A DNA stretch of 64,000 nucleotides, from contig JBBDRF010000063.1 of the NCBI GenBank assembly GCA_040905565.1, positions 29,747 through 93,746 of the forward strand, given 5' to 3'. Shown here piece after piece: positions 1-8,765 of this stretch. The stretch's first letter is position 1. Each line of letters opens with the position of its first letter. The DNA is from Phycisphaeraceae bacterium. GTDB lineage: Bacteria > Planctomycetota > Phycisphaerae > Phycisphaerales > Zrk34. A program made the position numbers and the translations under genes. Below the pieces are notes generated by a model. That model worked only from the letters and a program-made list of their open reading frames with translations. It searched no databases and was not told the origin of the DNA.

Positions 1-263
1 GTGTGGAGAACCGCGTGCCGATGGCTCGGGCGGTGAATCGTGGCGTGAGTGGGTTCATCGACTCAGCGGGTAGAATACGTGGCCGAGTCGTGGTCGGCGG
101 TGAAACTCAGGAAGTGGTCGGCACCGCGACGATGGACCTGAAGATGGATAATCGGACAACGGTCTTCCAGCGCACCGGCGACCTGTTCGCGGGTTTATGC
201 CTTGCGGGGACGATCGTTCTGGCCTTGATCGCTGTTTCTGGAAGACTGTTCAGGGGGTCTAAA
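1..263 (+). CDS. lnt: C-terminal end of apolipoprotein N-acyltransferase (5'-truncated by window edge), in frame with the downstream HEAT protein
   Basis: ENRVPMARAVNRGVSGFIDSAGRI resembles the Lnt C-terminal RAxE..R..N.G.S..ID..G motif, followed by the terminal TM helix (GDLFAGLCLAGTIVLALIAV). Confidence 0.75.
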
Positions 264-1487
264 ATGGACTCAAAACGTGCGACGACAACAACAACGGCAG
301 CCACTGTGCTGGCCTGCATGATGACGCTCACCTTCGCCGCTGGGCCTGCCGGGGCTGGGGAGGTCGATTGGCCACGCACCGGTCCCGCGGACGTGCTCGT
401 CGGCCCAGAGCCTCTACGGCTGGAAGATCAGAACGACGCGCCCAACCCCAACCCGCGCGGCCGGTCGAACGACGAGCAGCGTCAGCGGCAGGGCGAGCGG
501 GCGGAGCAGCGGCCGGATAATCCACTGCCACGCAAGAGCGTCGAGGAAATCCAGGCGATGGACGCCCCGGCCCTGGAGCAGTTTCTCATCAAGATGCTGG
601 TGCGGGCCTCGATGAGCGACCACCCAGCCTTGCGATCCAATGCGATCGAAGCCCTGCAGGAACGGCCGGACCGCGCGTTGCCGGTGACGCATCGGGCGCT
701 GGGGGATGAGAACCCGGGCGTACGCTTCGCCGCTGCGGTGACCGCGGGGTTGCTGGAATTCGAGGACATCGCCCCCGCTCTCAGGCCGCTGCTGAAGGAT
801 GAGCACCCAGCGGTGCGGGCGGCGGCGCTTTCTTCGCTGCACAAGCTCGGCGAGCGGGTGAACCTGACGCCGCTGGCCGACCTGCTGCGATCGCGTGAGC
901 CGGCGATGCGGGGGAACATGGCGATGCTGCTGGGCTTGATGGGCGACAAGAGCGCCGTGCCGATGTTGAAGCTTGCCGCGGTCGAGCCGATGCCGCGTGC
1001 CAGCGCCGCCGAGGCCGCCGTCGCACGGATCCAGATCGCCGAGGCCATCGCGAAGCTGGGGGACGACTCGGGCCTCAGTTCGCTGCGTGGCGGGGCGTAC
1101 AGCCAGTTTGATGAGGTTCGCGTCGTCGCCATCATCGCGATGGGCGCGGTGGGGGACCGGCGTATGGAGGTGGGTTTCGAGAAGCTTCTGGAAGATCCGC
1201 CGATGGAAATTCAGCTCGCCGCTGCCGGCAGCCTCGCGCGGCTGGGCAACGTGGAGGGGCGGTCGATCGCGACGGAGCTGGCCGAGCACGAGAACCCCGT
1301 CATCCGAGCGCAGGCGGCGTGGGTACTCGGCTGGTTTGAAGATGTTGTGACGATCGGCACGTTGAAAACCCTTCTCGCCGACGAGTCCGAGCAGGTCCGG
1401 CTGACTGCGGCGGCGTCGCTGTTACGGCGGCAACCGGCCGTGGCGACGCCACGACCTGAGGAAAATACCGAGCAAAGAAATCCGTAA
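264..1487 (+). CDS. HEAT/PBS-lyase-like repeat protein, probably exported
   Basis: ATG at 264 starts a signal-peptide-like segment (MDSKR...VLACMMTLTFAAGPAGA), followed by repeated 'L.D.....VR.AAA..L' helical units. Confidence 0.75.
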   Translation: MDSKRATTTTTAATVLACMMTLTFAAGPAGAGEVDWPRTGPADVLVGPEPLRLEDQNDAPNPNPRGRSNDEQRQRQGERAEQRPDNPLPRKSVEEIQAMDAPALEQFLIKMLVRASMSDHPALRSNAIEALQERPDRALPVTHRALGDENPGVRFAAAVTAGLLEFEDIAPALRPLLKDEHPAVRAAALSSLHKLGERVNLTPLADLLRSREPAMRGNMAMLLGLMGDKSAVPMLKLAAVEPMPRASAAEAAVARIQIAEAIAKLGDDSGLSSLRGGAYSQFDEVRVVAIIAMGAVGDRRMEVGFEKLLEDPPMEIQLAAAGSLARLGNVEGRSIATELAEHENPVIRAQAAWVLGWFEDVVTIGTLKTLLADESEQVRLTAAASLLRRQPAVATPRPEENTEQRNP

Positions 1488-1492
1488 AGAAT

Positions 1493-1521
1493 TTGACACG
1501 CCCGCGCGTTTCCGGTACTTA
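1493..1521 (+). promoter_or_regulatory. Putative sigma70-type promoter
   Basis: Perfect TTGACA (1493-1498), 17-bp spacer, weak -10 TACTTA (1516-1521), upstream of the 1614 CDS. Confidence 0.35.
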
Positions 1522-1613
1522 AGACGTGCTAAGCGCGGTTAGGCCGGGCTAAGAAGTGGCAACGTAGTAATGGTTCGGCCGTTCAAAACTCTAAAGGCTC
1601 CTGGAGGCACCCC

Positions 1614-2474
1614 TTGAGCATTTTCAGCAAGATCTTCGTCGTGCTCGTAATGGTTCTTTCGGTCGTGCTGGTGGCGTTGATCGTCCCCTTCGCGATTAAC
1701 ACCGAAAATTATTACGACAAGTGGCAGTCTGAGGAAGCTCGGCGGCTCATCGCAGAGAACGCCCAGAGTAACCGCGAAGCCGAGTTCGCCCTCTCGCTCG
1801 ATCGTGCCGAGCAGGAGAAAGACCGCCTGCGTCAGCAGGTGACCAGCCTCGAGACGGACCTGGCCGCCCAGAACCGTCGCATGAACGATCAGCAGCGCAC
1901 GATCATCGATCTTCAGAACAAGAACTCCGATGTCCGCTCGCAACTCGCCCGCCTCAGCAGCGGTGTCGATCAGCAAGCCCAGGTCAATGCGGTGCTTCAG
2001 GAAGAGGTCCGTGAGCGTCGCGAGGGCGAGATCCGCCTGCAGACTCAGGCCATCGAGATCGGCGACGCCCTGCGGGAACGCTCGACGCAGGTCGACACGC
2101 TCGCACGCCAGATTCGTCTGCTTAAAGAGCACAACACCGACCTCAGCCGTCAGAACGAGGACCTCATGGCCCGCGTCGAGACCTCCTCCGGCCCGGAAGT
2201 GACCGAGGCGATGGACGGTGGCTTTGATCCGCAGACCGTCATCCGAGGCGGCGTCACGCATGTTCAGCAGATCGGCGATCAGACGTTCGTGGCCCTCAAC
2301 GTCGGCAGCAACGACACCGTCCGCGAAGGCATGCGGTTCACCATCCACGATGGTGACACCTACCTCGGCGACACGGTCATCACGCAGGTTGATCAGAACA
2401 CCGCCGCCGGTCGTGTGATCCTTAAGCGTGGCGACATCACCTCCAGCGCCAAGGTCGTGGCCGGCCTCCGCTAA
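1614..2474 (+). CDS. Membrane-anchored long coiled-coil protein with C-terminal beta domain
   Basis: GGAGG SD before the TTG start; N-terminal TM helix; about 170 aa heptad-like region; C-terminal VALNVGSNDTVREGMRFTI beta-rich module. Confidence 0.8.
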   Translation: MSIFSKIFVVLVMVLSVVLVALIVPFAINTENYYDKWQSEEARRLIAENAQSNREAEFALSLDRAEQEKDRLRQQVTSLETDLAAQNRRMNDQQRTIIDLQNKNSDVRSQLARLSSGVDQQAQVNAVLQEEVRERREGEIRLQTQAIEIGDALRERSTQVDTLARQIRLLKEHNTDLSRQNEDLMARVETSSGPEVTEAMDGGFDPQTVIRGGVTHVQQIGDQTFVALNVGSNDTVREGMRFTIHDGDTYLGDTVITQVDQNTAAGRVILKRGDITSSAKVVAGLR

Positions 2475-2601
2475 AGAGGTCGCCGATCAGGCCTTCTACA
2501 TGACGTCCGCCGTGCGTGGCCGCAGGGCCAGGGTGGTGCGAGGCGTCCGCAAATCGACCAAGTCCCTGTCGGCGAATGTGCCGACGCGACGGGAGCAGAT
2601 C

Positions 2602-2775
2602 ATGTCTGAAAACATCAGCGACTCCAACGGCATCTTCAATGTTCTGATCATCGTCGCGTTCGTCGCGCTGCTCGTGGGCGTCATCGTGATGTGGTCAACC
2701 AACGCCTCGCTCTTCGGCCCCGCGCTCGAAGATCTCGCGGGCGGCATGAAGAACCCCTTCGGCATCGTCGACTGA
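2602..2775 (+). CDS. Small single-pass membrane protein (57 aa)
   Basis: GGGAG SD before ATG 2602; MSENISDSNGIFNVLIIVAFVALLVGVIVMW...; GC3-rich codons like those of neighbouring genes. Confidence 0.7.
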   Translation: MSENISDSNGIFNVLIIVAFVALLVGVIVMWSTNASLFGPALEDLAGGMKNPFGIVD

Positions 2776-2806
2776 GTGATCCCTCCAATGCGGCTCCGCT
2801 TCAAAA

Positions 2807-2830
2807 ACGAGCCGCGACGGTGAGGGAACG
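2807..2830. repeat. REP-like motif, copy 1
   Basis: ACGAGCCGCGACGGTGAGGGAACG matches the copy at 52142-52166 at about 20 of 25 positions by eye. Confidence 0.55.
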
Positions 2831-3208
2831 TTCGGCTCAACGCCAGAGCAACACTGGGTGGTACGGTCCGGCCCACCTTCGTCTGTATCGATTCTCCTAC
2901 GTGCACCTCGAACGTCGCTACGGTGCGGCAGAGCACGACGACCACTTACCGGCGTACGTAATACGAAGCCCGATGCGGCGGTTCGGCGCGTTCGCGTCGT
3001 TGGCGTGTTTTCCACATGAGGACGTGCAACCATCGGTCGTGCAATCGCTCCGAATCACACCCTTGCGTGCGGGGCGAATGCGGGTAGGATGCCATCATTC
3101 GATCAGGTTGCCAGCGAATGTCGCTGGTTTCGGCTGTGGCGCGGTCGGCGCGTCTTCAAGCGGCCATCTCCACCACCCCGCGATGCGTGAGTAAGAAAGT
3201 AGACGGCG

Positions 3209-4258
3209 TTGATTGACGGCCTGCTAGGTTGGTTCAGCATCGACATGGGCATCGATCTGGGCACGTGCAACACGCTGGTTTGCGTGCGCGGGGAGGGCAT
3301 TGTGCTTAATGAGCCCTCGGTGGTGGCCGTGGTGAAGAACACCAACCGCGTGCTGAACAACGGCAACGCGGTCGGTGCCGTCGCCAAGGAAATGCTCGGC
3401 AAGACGCCGGGCTCGATCACCGCGATCAGACCCCTCAAAGACGGCGTCATCAGCGACTTCGAAATCACCGAAGCGATGATGTCCTACTTCATCCGCAAGG
3501 TTCAGGGCCGTACGCGGTTCATCGGACCGCGGGTGGTGATCTCGATTCCCTCAGGCATCACGGCGGTCGAGAAGCGAGCGGTGCTCGAATCGGCCGAGCG
3601 GGCCGGGGCAAGGCGGGTTTACCTCGTTGAAGAGCCGATGGCGGCAGGCATCGGGGCCGGGCTGCCGATCGCTGAGGCCACGGCGAGCATGATCGTGGAC
3701 ATCGGCGGCGGCACGACGGAGGTCGCCATCATGTCGCTGGCGGACATCGCCGAGTGCACCAGCGTCCGCGTGGCGGGTGATGATTTCGACGAAGCGATCA
3801 TCAACCACATGAAAAAGACGTACAACCTGATGGTCGGCGAGCAGACGGCCGAACGCATCAAGATCGAGATCGGCTCGGCGGCCCCGCTCGAAGAAGAGCG
3901 CACCATGGAGGTCCGCGGCCGGGACATGATCAGCGGCCTGCCTCGCAAGACCGTGGTCACCAGCGAAGAAATCCGCGATGCTTTGCAAGAGCCCCTCACC
4001 TCCATCATCAGTGCGGTGACGCGCACGCTGGAACGGGCAGAGCCTGAACTTGCTGCGGACCTTGTCGACAACGGCATCTGCCTCGCGGGCGGCGGGGCGC
4101 TGCTGCGGGGCATTGCAGAAATCATGTCCAATGCGACGGGGCTGGAGACGCGCATTGCTGAGGATCCGCTCACTTGCGTCGCTCGGGGGACGAGCATCTA
4201 TCTGGAAAACATCGAAGAATGGAAGAAGACGCTTGAGAGCGACTTCGATGACGGTTGA
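3209..4258 (+). CDS. mreB: Rod shape-determining protein MreB
   Basis: IDLGTCNT, EPSVVA, RPLKDGVI, EEPMAAGIGAG, DIGGGTTEVA and GGGALL actin-family motifs. Confidence 0.97.
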   Translation: MIDGLLGWFSIDMGIDLGTCNTLVCVRGEGIVLNEPSVVAVVKNTNRVLNNGNAVGAVAKEMLGKTPGSITAIRPLKDGVISDFEITEAMMSYFIRKVQGRTRFIGPRVVISIPSGITAVEKRAVLESAERAGARRVYLVEEPMAAGIGAGLPIAEATASMIVDIGGGTTEVAIMSLADIAECTSVRVAGDDFDEAIINHMKKTYNLMVGEQTAERIKIEIGSAAPLEEERTMEVRGRDMISGLPRKTVVTSEEIRDALQEPLTSIISAVTRTLERAEPELAADLVDNGICLAGGGALLRGIAEIMSNATGLETRIAEDPLTCVARGTSIYLENIEEWKKTLESDFDDG

Positions 4259-4364
4259 CCCTGCCCACTTGGCCGTTCGAACTTCCCGTTCGCGACCTGC
4301 TGCGTGCGCTCGTGAGCCCGTGGTGACATCAGGGCGGGGCGTGCGGACGAAGGCGAGGTCCTGA

Positions 4365-5264
4365 ATGGCCTCACCCAATGTGACATTTCGGCGTGTGATG
4401 ATCGCGGTCGTGGTCGTACTGTTCGTGCTGGCGCTGCTACCACACCGGTATAGCGGTTACGGAAGTCTGCTGAATTCGGTGACGGGGACGCTGTTGTCGG
4501 TGGTGAGCAAGCCGATGAATTCGCTCTCCTCCGCACTGCGGCAGCGGTACGATCAACCGGAACTCGGCACGGAACAGGAACTCAGCGAACGCGTGCTCGA
4601 ACTACGCGGCCAAGTGATGGCGCTGGAGCAACGCGAACGCGATCTTGAACGGGCGGTGGCGGAATTGCAGGGCCTGCGCAGGCGGCAGGGCGATTCGTAC
4701 GTGCATCGGCGCGCGGCGGTGGTCGGCCGCGGCAGCGACCCGGCAGGCGGCATGCTTCAACTGAACATCGGGACACGGCACGGCCTCCGCGTTGGGATGC
4801 CTGCCGTCCAAGGCGCCAGCGTGGTGGGGCGGATCACACAGGCGGGGCCGACCAGCAGCACACTGGGTTTACTGACGACGCCGGGTTCGCTGGTGGAGGT
4901 GGTGACGGTGTCGGAGGGGCCGGGGGCAACGGGCGGACGTCGCGCGCGGCTGCTGCTGGAGGCGACGGCGGGGCCTCAGCTGATCGCGAACCAGGTGGAT
5001 CGGCAGCTGCCGACGGAGGCGGGGGATTTCGCGAGGCTGATGGATGAGACGTGGCCGGAATCGGTGCAGGGGATGCTGGTGGGGCGGGTGGTGGCGGTGG
5101 AGGAGGATGCGGACGATCCGCTGCTCAAGCGTGTGGGCGTTCGGCCGTTGCGGTCGCTGCGTGATCTGGATTCGGTGATCGTGATCGTCCCGCGTGACAT
5201 GACCGAGGAGGCGACGCCGGAGCTGGAACTGGGGCAGGGGAGCGTGGGGGAGGGCGTGCGATGA
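4365..5264 (+). CDS. mreC: Rod shape-determining protein MreC
   Basis: N-terminal TM, coiled coil, LNIGTRHGLRVGMPAV...VVGRI beta-barrel motif; directly after mreB. Confidence 0.85.
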   Translation: MASPNVTFRRVMIAVVVVLFVLALLPHRYSGYGSLLNSVTGTLLSVVSKPMNSLSSALRQRYDQPELGTEQELSERVLELRGQVMALEQRERDLERAVAELQGLRRRQGDSYVHRRAAVVGRGSDPAGGMLQLNIGTRHGLRVGMPAVQGASVVGRITQAGPTSSTLGLLTTPGSLVEVVTVSEGPGATGGRRARLLLEATAGPQLIANQVDRQLPTEAGDFARLMDETWPESVQGMLVGRVVAVEEDADDPLLKRVGVRPLRSLRDLDSVIVIVPRDMTEEATPELELGQGSVGEGVR

Positions 5265-5824
5265 AGTGGCCGATCTTCGCGATTGCGGTTTATGTGCTGG
5301 TGGCACTGCAGGTGTCGCTGGCCTCGGCGATGCGCTTCGAGACGGCGGGGGGCGTGGTCGAGCCGATGTTCATGTTGGCGTTGCTGGTGTTCGTGGGATT
5401 GAGTGCGACGCCTCGCGTGGTAGTGGTGGCTGCGGTGGTGATGGGCGTCGTGCTGGATGCGACGATGGTCTGGCCGATGGCGGACGGGCGAGGCATGACG
5501 GTGCTGGGGCCGTTCGCGCTGGGGTACCTGGCGGGCGGCGTGGCGCTGCTTCAGATTCGCCCGATGGTGTTCCGTCAGCATCCGTTGGCTTACGCCGTGA
5601 TGATTCTTTTCGCGGGGTTTGCGGTACAGCTGGTGGTGGTGGGGCTGTTTTCGGTTCGCATCTGGTACGACCCGATGGCGGATTTCGCCCCGGCTTCGCA
5701 GCTCTTCCTGCGCACGCTGTCGGTGTTTTACAGCGCCGTGGTGGGGGCGCTGCTGAGCGTGCCGTTGGTCGCAGCATCGTCGGTGTTCGGCTTCACGACG
5801 ACCAAGGTCGGCCGGCGGCGGTGA
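5261..5824 (+). CDS. mreD: MreD-like polytopic membrane protein
   Basis: About 5 hydrophobic helices; ATGA overlap with mreC; synteny. Confidence 0.7.
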   Translation: MKWPIFAIAVYVLVALQVSLASAMRFETAGGVVEPMFMLALLVFVGLSATPRVVVVAAVVMGVVLDATMVWPMADGRGMTVLGPFALGYLAGGVALLQIRPMVFRQHPLAYAVMILFAGFAVQLVVVGLFSVRIWYDPMADFAPASQLFLRTLSVFYSAVVGALLSVPLVAASSVFGFTTTKVGRRR

Positions 5825-5895
5825 GATTTAGCGATCGAGTCGGTCGCCTGCCGTGGTAGGATCGTGACGGTCTTCACCTGTCCGGAGCGATTGCC

Positions 5896-7245
5896 ATGTT
5901 GATGGATGCGATGCCTCTGCGTCTTCTGCTGTGCGCGATGCTGCTGTTTTTGCCTGCGTGTTCGCCTGCTGTTGATACCGATGCGGCGGAGGGTGGCGAT
6001 GCCGGCGTGGCGGAGATTCCCCTCGGACCTGGCATCGTGGCGGAACGTCCTGGCCCTGCGGATTTGCCGGCGAACGCGCAGGTGGTGGCCCTCCCCGGCG
6101 GGGGGTACATGGTGCCTTACGAAGCGGAAATCCCCGGCTTCGGCGTCACCTATCACATGACGCCCGTCCCCGGCGGCACCTTCACCATGGGCAGCCCGCC
6201 CGACGAACCCGGCCGAAACGACGACGAGGGCCCGCAATTCACCGTCGAAGTCGAACCGTTCTGGATGGGCACGTATGAAGTGACCTTCGCGGAATACCGG
6301 ACATTCACGGACATGTACAACATGTTCAAGCAGATTGAGCCGCGCCGATCCGGCGGCTTGGACGCCCCCGCGATCCCGGAAGAGATGCAGGCCGATGCCG
6401 TGACGATCCCGACGCCTGTGTATGCGCCGAAAGAACGATTCGCATTGGGGGACGACGATGATCATCCGATCCCGTCGATGACACATTATGCCGCCCGGCA
6501 GTACACCAAGTGGCTCAGCAAGTTGACCGGGCGTTTCTATCGGCTGCCGACGGAGGCGGAGTGGGAGTACGCCGCCCGGGCCGGGACCACAACCGCGTGG
6601 AGTTTCGGCGACGACGAGGATCGGCTGGCGGATTTCGCGAATGATTACGACCCCATCCGGGCCGAGCTAAACATGGTCGGCTCGCTCAGGCCGAACGCGT
6701 GGGGCCTGTACGATATGCACGGGAACGTCGGGGAGTGGGTTTTCGATCAGTATGATCCGGAACATTACAGCCGCTTCGAGGGGCGCGGCGTGGTGCCTTG
6801 GCAGGATGCGATCAACTGGCCGACCGAAACCTATCCGGTGGTGGTGCGCGGCGGATCATTATATAGCTATCCGGATGAGACGCGGAGCGCCTCCCGCTTG
6901 GCAAGCGAACGTGTGGAGTGGAACATGTATGATCCAAATCTCCCGAAAAGCCCCTGGTGGTTGGGCGACTGGTGGGATTACAGCATGGTCGGTTTCCGCA
7001 TCATCAGACCACTGCGCGAGCCGGACGAGGATGAGCAGCATCGTTTCTGGGGATCGCGTGAACAGGATTTGCCGGAAGATCTATGGTTAGACCTTGGCGA
7101 CAGACTTTGGGGAGGGCGCGGAACGGTCGGCATCGTCGACGAGAACCTGCCCGAACGGCTGGAGCAGTGGAACGAAGTACAGGGAGACTGGCGTAAAGAG
7201 CGGGACCTGCTGAATCAGTGGCAGGAAGAGAAGCAGCAGGAGTGA
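5896..7245 (+). CDS. Formylglycine-generating-enzyme (SUMF1)-family domain lipoprotein
   Basis: Lipobox LPAC; FTMGS, YRLPTEAEWEYAARAG, PNAWGLYDMHGNVGEW, RGGS and GFR motifs; lacks the catalytic Cys pair of true FGE. Confidence 0.9.
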   Translation: MLMDAMPLRLLLCAMLLFLPACSPAVDTDAAEGGDAGVAEIPLGPGIVAERPGPADLPANAQVVALPGGGYMVPYEAEIPGFGVTYHMTPVPGGTFTMGSPPDEPGRNDDEGPQFTVEVEPFWMGTYEVTFAEYRTFTDMYNMFKQIEPRRSGGLDAPAIPEEMQADAVTIPTPVYAPKERFALGDDDDHPIPSMTHYAARQYTKWLSKLTGRFYRLPTEAEWEYAARAGTTTAWSFGDDEDRLADFANDYDPIRAELNMVGSLRPNAWGLYDMHGNVGEWVFDQYDPEHYSRFEGRGVVPWQDAINWPTETYPVVVRGGSLYSYPDETRSASRLASERVEWNMYDPNLPKSPWWLGDWWDYSMVGFRIIRPLREPDEDEQHRFWGSREQDLPEDLWLDLGDRLWGGRGTVGIVDENLPERLEQWNEVQGDWRKERDLLNQWQEEKQQE

Positions 7246-7275
7246 CCTACGCGGGGGCCTAAAACGAAAAAGTCG

Positions 7276-7304
7276 TTGGTGCGCGGGATTGCGTCTTGTA
7301 TACT
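7276..7304 (+). promoter_or_regulatory. Putative promoter
   Basis: TTGGTG-17 bp-TATACT in an AT-rich intergenic stretch. Confidence 0.4.
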
Positions 7305-7392
7305 ATCTTGAGTCATCTTTCTATGTTGTTTCGATAAAGGCGTTTAAGGATTCTGTGCGGGGGCGGAGCAATTCTTCACGATGGAGTCACCC

Positions 7393-8712
7393 ATGGACAG
7401 CGGCAATTCCACGCGGCGTCGGTTCATGCTGGATTCAGCGGCGGTTGTGTCGGCGGCGTCGGTGCATGCGGCGGTGGCGTCACGCAGTTATGCGGCCGGC
7501 GACGAAACGTTGCGGGTGGGCGTGGTCGGCTGCGGCGGCCGGGGGACGGGGTCGGCTGTGCAGGCGCTCACGGCGGACGCGAACGTTCAGATTGTGGCGC
7601 TGGGGGATGTGTTTGAGGATCGGCTGGAGAACAGCCTGGCCGTCCTCGATCGCCATACCAAGACGACGGACGCGGGCGTGAAGCACAGCGATGAGCTTGC
7701 GAAGCGGGTGAACGTTCCGCCGGAGCAACGTTTCGTCGGGTTCGATGCGTACAAGCAGGTGATCGATCTTGTTGATGTGGTGATCCTGACGACGCCGCCG
7801 CACTTTCGGCCCGAGCAGCTGGCGTATGCGGTGAAGCAGGGAAAGCATGTGTTTGCGGAGAAGCCGGTCGCCACCGATTCCGCGGGCGTTCGGCTCGCGC
7901 TGGAAGCATGCAAAGAAGCGAAGCGGAAGAATCTTTCGGTCGTGGCGGGCCTCTGCTGGCGGTATCACCTGCCACGCATCGAAACGATGCGACAGGTGCG
8001 TGAGGAGGGCCTCATCGGCGAGCCGGTGGCCATTGAGACGGTGTACAACGTGGGCGGCGTCTGGGGCCCGCGGCGACGGCCTGAGCAGGTCGAATCGGAG
8101 ATGGAACTGCAACTGCGGAACTGGTACTACTACAAGTGGCTCAGCGGCGATCACATCGTCGAGCAGGCGGTGCATGCGCTGGACACGATGGGGTGGGTCA
8201 TGCGGGACGAGCCGCCTGTGCAGTGCTGGGGCGTCGGTGGCCGGCAGGTGCGAACGGACCCGCAGCACGGCGACATCTACGACCATTTCTCACTGGTCTT
8301 CGAGTACGCCAACGGCACCCGCGGCTACCACCAGTGTCGGCAGTGGCCGGGCGCGCGGTTCAACCAGATCAACGACTACGTCTTCGGCAGCAAGGGCACG
8401 TGCGATGTGTGGCGGCACAATATCAAAGGTGCGGTGGACTGGCAGTACGACGGCCCCGACAAGAACATGTATCAGCACGAGCAGGACGAACTGTTCGCTT
8501 CGATCCGTTCGGGCAATCCGATCAATGACGGCAAGCACATGTGCTACAGCACGCTGCTGGCGATCATGGGTCGGATGGCTGCTTACACCGGCGACCGCAT
8601 CACGTGGGAGATGGTCATGAATTCCGAGCAGCGCCTTGGCCCCGAAAAGTACGCATGGGGCGACGCGCCGGAGGTGGTCGTCGCCAAGCCGGGCGTGACG
8701 AAGTATCACTGA
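7393..8712 (+). CDS. Gfo/Idh/MocA-family oxidoreductase with Tat signal
   Basis: TRRRFM Tat motif; VGVVGCGGRG Rossmann motif; EKPVA; GGAG SD before ATG 7393. Confidence 0.92.
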   Translation: MDSGNSTRRRFMLDSAAVVSAASVHAAVASRSYAAGDETLRVGVVGCGGRGTGSAVQALTADANVQIVALGDVFEDRLENSLAVLDRHTKTTDAGVKHSDELAKRVNVPPEQRFVGFDAYKQVIDLVDVVILTTPPHFRPEQLAYAVKQGKHVFAEKPVATDSAGVRLALEACKEAKRKNLSVVAGLCWRYHLPRIETMRQVREEGLIGEPVAIETVYNVGGVWGPRRRPEQVESEMELQLRNWYYYKWLSGDHIVEQAVHALDTMGWVMRDEPPVQCWGVGGRQVRTDPQHGDIYDHFSLVFEYANGTRGYHQCRQWPGARFNQINDYVFGSKGTCDVWRHNIKGAVDWQYDGPDKNMYQHEQDELFASIRSGNPINDGKHMCYSTLLAIMGRMAAYTGDRITWEMVMNSEQRLGPEKYAWGDAPEVVVAKPGVTKYH

Positions 8713-8765
8713 GTGCGGGGCGCGGGGGGGCGGGGCGGCGGTGAAATCGGATGTCGTCACATCAC

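Noticed and set aside
2691..3194. 167-aa plus-strand ORF upstream of mreB
   Set aside because: Overlaps the small membrane gene, runs through hairpins and a REP-like copy, and has no motif or SD.
5896..7245. True formylglycine-generating (sulfatase-maturing) enzyme
   Set aside because: The catalytic cysteine pair is absent after RGGS (RGGSLYSYPDETRSASR).
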